Assembly: GCA_016291135.1 (NCBI GenBank)
Contig: JAEFAE010000003.1
Span: 84,516 to 148,515 of the forward strand
DNA from: Bacteroidales bacterium
Lineage (GTDB): Bacteria > Bacteroidota > Bacteroidia > Bacteroidales > F082
DNA: 64,000 nucleotides
Reading direction: 5' to 3'
Shown: in pieces, positions 62,742 through 64,000 of the stretch
How the letters are laid out: each line of letters begins with the position of its first letter
Numbering within the stretch: the stretch's first letter is position 1
Notes under the pieces: model-generated
Told to the model about the DNA's origin: nothing
Databases searched by the model: none
Seen by the model: only the letters and a program-made list of their open reading frames with translations
Translations under genes and position numbers: made by a program

Positions 62742-62815
62742 CCACAACCCCGTAGGGGTTACCTGTCGGTAACCACGGGGTTGACCGAAGGGAAACCCCT
62801 GGAACAAAACACAAC
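62742..62815. repeat. REP-like nested-hairpin element, copy C (tandem with B, 98-nt period)
   Basis: Differs from copy B at a single position (GACCGAAGGG versus GACCAAAGGG). Confidence 0.85.
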
Positions 62816-62829
62816 CTATTATCATAAAA

Positions 62830-64000
62830 ATGAAACACATTACATTGATTGTTATGGCATGCATCATCGCAATGACTGCTTGTAAAGAGAAACCGGATCC
62901 GGAACCGCGTTATCAAGTGCCGGCCTATCCGGAGGCCCGTCAAGACACTTCGGTGGTTGACGACTATTTTGGAACCATGGTGGCGGATCCCTACCGCTGG
63001 TTGGAGAACGACACCTCCGCCGAGACCAACGCTTGGGTGCAAGCCCAACGGGCGGTCACCGACGCCTACCTCAGCCAGATTCCCTTTAGGTCGGCCATCA
63101 AGGACCGGCTGACCCAGCTTATGAACTATGAGCGCTACAGCGTTCCTTCCAAGCGCTTCGGTCGCTACCTCTTCAGCAAGAACGACGGCTTGCAGAACCA
63201 GAGTGTGCTGTATATCCAGAACGGCCCTGACGCCAAGCCCGAGGTCCTGCTCGACCCCAACCAGCTTTCCGAAGACGGCACCGTGGCCTTCGGCGGCGGC
63301 TCCCAGTCGAACGACGGCAAGTACTTTGCCTATACCATCCAACGGAGCGGCTCCGACTGGGTGGAGATCTACGTGATGGACATCGAAACCCGCGAGCTCC
63401 TTCCCGACCACATCGAATGGGCCAAGTTCACCGGCGCCTCCTGGTTCCAGGACGGCTTCTTCTACTCTGCCTACGACGCCCCGAAGAAAGGCAAGGAGTT
63501 CTCCAACGTGAACGAGAACCACAAGGTTTATTACCACAAGCTGGGCACCGAACAGAAAAAAGACAAGCTGGTGTATGAGAACCGCAACGAACCCCGCTTC
63601 TTCCATTCGCTGAGTGTCACCGACGACGAGAAGTACGCTTTCCTGATGGAGAGTGGTGCTGGATCTGGTAACTCGCTGCTTATCAAAGACCTGTCGAACC
63701 TCGACAATCCCTTCGTCCGTATCACCGACGACCAGGACCACTTCTACAGCCCCTTCGACGTGGTCGATGACCATGTGTACCTGTTCACCAACTACGGTGC
63801 CGACAAGGGCCGGATCGTCCGCTTCCCCGCCTCGGCCCCGCAGGAGGCCAACTGGGAGGAGATCGTCCCTGAGTCGGAGAACGTCATCGTCTCCGCGGAG
63901 ATGGCTGCCGGCAAGATGATCGTCACCTTCGACCGCGATGCCGCCAACCATGCCTACGTCTATACGCTGAATGGCGAGATGCTCCACGAGATCGAGCTCC
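62830..64000 (+). CDS. Prolyl oligopeptidase (S9A) family protein, N-terminal ~390 codons (runs off the right edge)
   Basis: Open frame from the ATG at 62830 to the window end. It reads MKHITLIVMACIIAMTAC (lipoprotein signal) ...DDYFGTMVADPYRWLENDTSAETNAWVQAQ..., the hallmark N-terminal motif of prolyl endopeptidases. It is not in the ORF track because it has no stop. Confidence 0.8.
   Translation, partial: MKHITLIVMACIIAMTACKEKPDPEPRYQVPAYPEARQDTSVVDDYFGTMVADPYRWLENDTSAETNAWVQAQRAVTDAYLSQIPFRSAIKDRLTQLMNYERYSVPSKRFGRYLFSKNDGLQNQSVLYIQNGPDAKPEVLLDPNQLSEDGTVAFGGGSQSNDGKYFAYTIQRSGSDWVEIYVMDIETRELLPDHIEWAKFTGASWFQDGFFYSAYDAPKKGKEFSNVNENHKVYYHKLGTEQKKDKLVYENRNEPRFFHSLSVTDDEKYAFLMESGAGSGNSLLIKDLSNLDNPFVRITDDQDHFYSPFDVVDDHVYLFTNYGADKGRIVRFPASAPQEANWEEIVPESENVIVSAEMAAGKMIVTFDRDAANHAYVYTLNGEMLHEIEL

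Noticed and set aside
62632-62867. Whether the tandem repeats after parE are a mini CRISPR array, and whether ORFs 62661-62867(-), 62632-63987(-) and 2705-2893(-) are real.
   Set aside because: There are only two repeat units, each about 74 nt, with a 24-nt spacer. A related single copy lies after clpV, and there are no cas genes. The ORFs simply read through the repeats or run antisense to the prolyl oligopeptidase gene.

Overview
The window is a Bacteroidota-type chromosomal segment, probably from a fairly GC-rich Bacteroidales. Supporting signs are exact TAnnTTTG -7 boxes, AT-rich start contexts instead of Shine-Dalgarno sites, a T9SS C-terminal sorting domain, and Bacteroidales-like speA, GH109-like and DUF3127 genes. 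GC-rich third codon positions create many long spurious antisense ORFs in the track.

Positions ~160-41340 form one same-strand type VI secretion (T6SS) locus of about 41 kb. Its gene order is:
- clpV, tssB, tssC and hcp.
- hcp2, vgrG1 and a PAAR-like (DUF4280) protein.
- A variable cargo region: a Cys-rich protein, an 831-aa protein with a small overlapping partner ORF, an AT-rich orphan ORF, and a T9SS-tailed secreted protein.
- A complete ubiquitin-like conjugation set: a 104-aa Ubl ending in Gly-stop, a UBC-fold E2 with an HPN...C motif, a membrane-anchored JAMM/JAB peptidase, a ThiF-type E1, and a polytopic membrane protein. That membrane protein carries a cytoplasmic RING-H2-like zinc finger and a C-terminal FHA-like domain.
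- Envelope proteins interleaved with that set: a periplasmic protein, a bitopic coiled-coil protein, and a coiled-coil plus OM beta-barrel protein.
- Baseplate genes: a TssG candidate, a short TssK-like protein, TssE and TssF.

A second, collinear but diverged module lies at 28931-41340. It repeats the periplasmic protein, Hcp (here with a large loop insertion), VgrG, the PAAR-like protein, the Ubl, the coiled-coil protein, the RING/FHA membrane protein and the four baseplate genes. It does not repeat the sheath, ClpV, E1, E2, JAB or the OM barrel. I cannot recognise TssJ/L/M.

The Ubl-E1-E2-RING-JAB cascade wired into a partly duplicated T6SS is the stand-out candidate for an uncharacterised system.

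Positions 41.3-64 kb are housekeeping:
- A BadF-type ATPase, then miaA, a CCA/HD nucleotidyltransferase and clpC on the minus strand.
- gyrA, a TPR protein, a DUF3127 protein, an APH-family kinase, a GH109-like oxidoreductase and a secreted repeat protein.
- A GT2, formyltransferase-like protein and flippase trio, then parE and a partial prolyl oligopeptidase.

A REP-like nested-hairpin element occurs four times. No rRNA, tRNA, CRISPR array, integrase or transposase was seen. All functional calls come from reading motifs, sizes and synteny by eye; no database search was possible.
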